Positions 62,801 through 64,000 of a DNA stretch of 64,000 nt are shown here, in pieces (positions within the stretch are counted from its first letter, which is position 1; the number at the start of each line of letters is the position of its first letter). The position numbers were made by a program, and so were the translations under genes. The stretch is from Scyliorhinus canicula (lineage: Eukaryota), in contig NC_052146.1 in NCBI RefSeq assembly GCF_902713615.1, forward strand, positions 309,582,335-309,646,334, read 5' to 3'. Below the pieces are notes generated by a model, which saw nothing but the letters and a program-made list of their open reading frames with translations, did no database searches and was not told the origin of the DNA.

Positions 62801-64000
62801 CACCCGGCACCGACCCCGGCACCCGGCATCGACCCCGGCATCGACCCCGGCACCCGGCATCGACCCCGGCATCCGGCACCGACTCCGGCACCCGGCATCG
62901 ACCCCGGCACCGACCCCGGCACCCGGCACCGACCCCGGCACCCGGCATCGACCCTGGCATCCGGCACCGACCCCGGCACCGACCCCGGCACCCGGCATCG
63001 ACCCCGGCACCCGGCATCGACCCCGGCATCCGGCATCGACCCTGGCATCCGGCACCGACCCCGGCACCCGGCACCGACCCCGGCACCTGTCATCGACCCC
63101 GGCACCCGGCACCGACCCCGGCACCCGGCACCGACCCCGGCACCTGTCATCGACCCCGGCACCCGGCACCGACCCCGGCACCCGGCATCGACCCCCGGCA
63201 CCGACCCCGGCACCGACCCCGGCATCCGGCACCCGGCACCCGGCATCAACCCCGGCACCCGGCATCGACCCCGGCATCCGGCACCGACCCCGGCACCCGG
63301 CATCGACCCCGGCATCGACCCCGGCATCCGGCACCGACCCCGGCACCCGGCATCGACCCCGGCACCGACCCCGGCACCCAGCACCGACCCCAGCACCCGG
63401 CATCGACCCTGGCATCCGGCACCGACCCCGGCACCCGGCACCGACCCCGGCACCCGGCATCGACCCCGGCACCGACCCCGGCACCCGGCATCGACCCCGG
63501 CATCCGGCACCGACCCCGGCACCCGGCATCGACCCCGGCACCGACCCCGGCATCCGGCACCGACCCCGGCACCCGGCATCGACCCCGGCACCGACCCCGG
63601 CACCGACCCCGGCACCCGGCATCGACCCTGGCATCCGGCACCCACCCCGGCACCCGGCACCGACCCCGGCACCTGTCATCGAACCCCGCACCCGGCATCG
63701 ACCCCGGCACCCGGCATCGACCCCGGCACCCGGCATCGACCCCGGCACCCGGCACCGACCCCGGCACCCGGCACCGACCCCGGCACCGACCCCGCACCCG
63801 GCATCGACCCCGGCACCGACCCCGGCACCCACCCCGGCATCCGGCACCCGGCCCCCGGCATCGACCCCGGCACCCGGCGACGACCCCGGCACCCGGCATC
63901 GACCCCGGCACCGACCCCGGCACCCGGCACCGACCCCGGCACCCGGCACCGACCCTGGCATCCGGCACCGACCCCGGCACCCGGCACCGACCCCGGCACC
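59839..64000. repeat. GC/CpG-rich complex satellite (7/12/19-bp modules)
   Basis: GGCACCC, GGCACCGACCCC and GGCACCCGGCATCGACCCC modules, running to the window end. Confidence 0.95.

Noticed and set aside
59680-63999. Long Pro/Gly/Arg-rich ORFs
   Set aside because: Artefacts of the GC-rich satellite.

Overview
Vertebrate genomic DNA with an elasmobranch repeat signature: HE1/V-SINE-like SINEs, CR1 LINEs, Penelope, Gypsy and Harbinger-like MITEs (a catshark-like shark is an inference). Most of the window is transposons and tandem arrays. The one host gene I can assemble by hand is on the minus strand. It is a non-rearranging Ig-superfamily receptor: leader (43189-43240, duplicated at 45127-45178), three germline-joined VJ-type domains (D1 41006-41356, D2 34114-34458, D3 32186-32527), an uncharged TM exon (29072-29185) and two small cytoplasmic exons carrying AVYENV (27609-27673) and an ITIM-consensus SIYCDL (24152-24194). 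There is no C domain and no RSS next to the V exons. A roughly 98-99% identical partial second copy (D2, D3, TM, first tail exon) occupies 1-13015 and ends at a 500-N gap, so it is either a recent tandem paralog or an uncollapsed haplotype. Other notable structure: a young Gypsy element with an LTR/PBS fold-back, a 7.5-kb inverted repeat around the duplicated promoter, a SINE-derived 35-bp array rich in CACAGTG, a satellite expanded inside a MITE, and a Penelope hammerhead. All alignments and counts were done by eye.
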